From Amphiscolops sp. MND2022 (Eukaryota), in assembly GCA_964187785.1 (NCBI GenBank), contig OZ076421.1, positions 11,718,001-11,782,000 on the forward strand: a stretch of 64,000 nucleotides of DNA, given 5' to 3'. The translations under genes were made by a program, and so were the position numbers. This document shows, piece after piece, positions 61,708 through 64,000 of this stretch. Below the pieces are notes generated by a model. It was not told the DNA's origin and searched no databases. It saw only the letters and a program-made list of their open reading frames with translations. The first letter of the stretch is position 1; each line of letters starts with the position of its first letter.

Positions 61708-64000
61708 CTTTTCTTCAATGCAGAATGGGGATGGAAAAATCGGGAAACAGGTCAGCAAAAATCACACGCCACCAATTATGGAACTTCGAGGAAATTTAAT
61801 GTTCATGCTACGCGATATTACTTTTGCCGTGGAACTAGTGAAAAAAGTGAATTCTCTGTTTGTTGGATACGCTAGAAAAGTACGACTACAAAAAGTACGA
61901 AATACAAAAAGTGATCGACTCTTTGCAGAGGCAAGTTTTTTAGTTTTCTTTTTGTTAGCGGCCACACTGAAAAGTCCACTTTTTTGTTCAATTTGGCCAG
62001 TCTAAAATGTATCGAGGACCATATTATATCTAAAACCATTAACTAAAAACATCAGCAAGGCTAGAAAGTAGCAGAGGGTCCCCCATGAAGATTTTTCGGC
62101 ACTGTACAACTTTTTTTTTGGAAAAAAATTATTTCACCAAAGTGTCTGCTTCTTTTTTCAGACTGTTTTAGCTTCAGAAAAAGTTGTTAAACGAGCCTAA
62201 ATATTCCCCTTTTTGAGTTTTTGTTAGATGTAATTGAGTGTGTGCTGTGCTCCTATCTCATGGAAACGGTTTTGCTGAATTTCTTATCAATTAGAGGCAC
62301 AGTGACATTGCGATAGTTCACAATCGAAGATTACAAAATGTACAGCATTGATAATCAAAAGCATCCGAATTCAGAGCGAAAATGATTTTTTAATTAATTT
62401 TGTTTTGAATACATTTCTTGGCAATCAAAAAATGAATAATGAGTTTTTCAAAGGAGAATTTTTTATTGCGGGTCCCAGCGATTTTGTGATATCACTGAAA
62501 AATATTTTTTTCAGGTTTTTCTGTAGGTAAAAACTACGTCAGTTTTTTGGCATTTGCGGCAATTTTGTATTTTCTGGCATGGTTAAAAATTGTACCCAAT
62601 GAGCGAAACAGAATTTTTAACGGTTTTTTAGAACTTTTTTGGTCATTTCGTGTGGATTGAAAAATAATTTGAAAAACCGACGAAAAGCCACTGTAATAAT
62701 CGCAGAATTCTTCCTTGGAAGTTTGGTTCTCGAAATCTGAAATCACGGCAATTCATCTCTTATTTTGAAGTGTGTGAAATTTTGCAGTATCCTCATGTGC
62801 AACATCCACAGGCGGAAAGAAATTGTGCAGCCGTTGTTACACCATGGATTGATGGAGAACACGGTTTGCTATGCGCTTTAGCTGTGATGCTTTAAACTGA
62901 ATTCATGCAGAAATTATCTCCAATCTGAGCTACCTTTCAACATCTTAGTCCAATTTCGAGAGGTTGTACGAATCATCTAAAACTGTAGCTATTTGAAGCC
63001 GTTTTGTTGAATATCTTGAATGATGAGTTTGTGTTTTTGATTTGTATTTTGTTTTATAAATTTTAATGTTTTTTTCGATTCTTTTCCTTGTCTGGCAGAA
63101 TTCTCTGATAGCGATCTGAGATTGAATAGGGCTCACGGCCAATATGAAACTTCGATAAAAAACATCTGAAATTTATTGAACTTCTCAGTTTTATATATAG
63201 ACACTTGCCTGAAAATCTGGATTTTGTATCAAAACTGAATTGTTGTATGTTCGGTTGGGATTTCTCTTTTTCAGCAATAGCATGAATAATACAGAATCTG
63301 AAAGGAGGAGTTTTTTCAGCCGAAAATCAGACGACTTTGTTCGTTGACCGCGTACCTACTGAAAACAAGCCGGGACCGGCCCAAGTAGGCACCATATCTA
63401 AGGCTCAAAAATAGCAAACAGACTTCCAAGTGTCAAAAATTTTTCTTATACAGCACCCGAAAAAAGTTTTTGAAAAAAAGTCTCGCAATGCCGAACAAAA
63501 CTGGAAGGGGGCCCGTTGGTCTCGTCCGGTTTTGTATGTTACGTGGGAAACCTTTTTGGTTCAGTTCCCTGGGCCAACAGAGGCCATTTAAAATTTTGTC
63601 AAACTTTTGGTAGAACTATTTTGGTCACTTCAGGTGTATCGAAAAAAATAATAAACACTGACGAGAAGCCATGACTATAGTCGGCTCGTTTCAAGAAAAG
63701 TGCCGACTAGAAAGTCAGATATTTTATTCGGTAATGGGTATAAATGTTAGATTCAAATGTCTCAAGCTGCCGACTACAGTTGGTTTATTAAAATCTAGTC
63801 CGATGAAGCAAAATCGTCAGGCAACGTGCGACAAAAAATACTTGATGATATTCACCTGTACAGTTTTTTTAAACAACATATTTAAAGGCTGTATAAACTG
63901 GTACAGTGATTAATTGTGCGCTATATAATGATTAAACAGGAGTGTATAATTACTCCAGATATGCTTCTATTATTGAACATGTAAGCCTAGAGCAGAAGAA

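Overview
AT-rich eukaryotic (metazoan-like) genomic DNA with two assembly gaps (8330-9200, 24417-24793), dominated by transposable elements. One host gene can be rebuilt by hand: POLD2 (DNA polymerase delta subunit 2), 9 coding exons on + over 27469-61707 (447 aa, one GC-AG intron). Its introns hold a Helitron-like Rep-PIF1-GIY-YIG element, a full-length BEL/Pao LTR retrotransposon, LINEs, SINEs and nested MITEs. The main observation is a co-oriented minus-strand module at 10368-16808 that the ORF track splits up. It comprises a spliced 1099-aa SET-C2H2-tyrosine recombinase fusion, an array of six ~86-bp hairpin repeats with compensatory changes, and a spliced 313-aa JmjC gene with an intact HxD...H triad. 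This looks like a recombinase-type mobile element carrying both a lysine-methylation writer and an eraser. Separately, the BEL/Pao element carries its own, now damaged, antisense JmjC ORF just inside the 3' LTR. All domain calls come from motif recognition by eye; no database searches were run.
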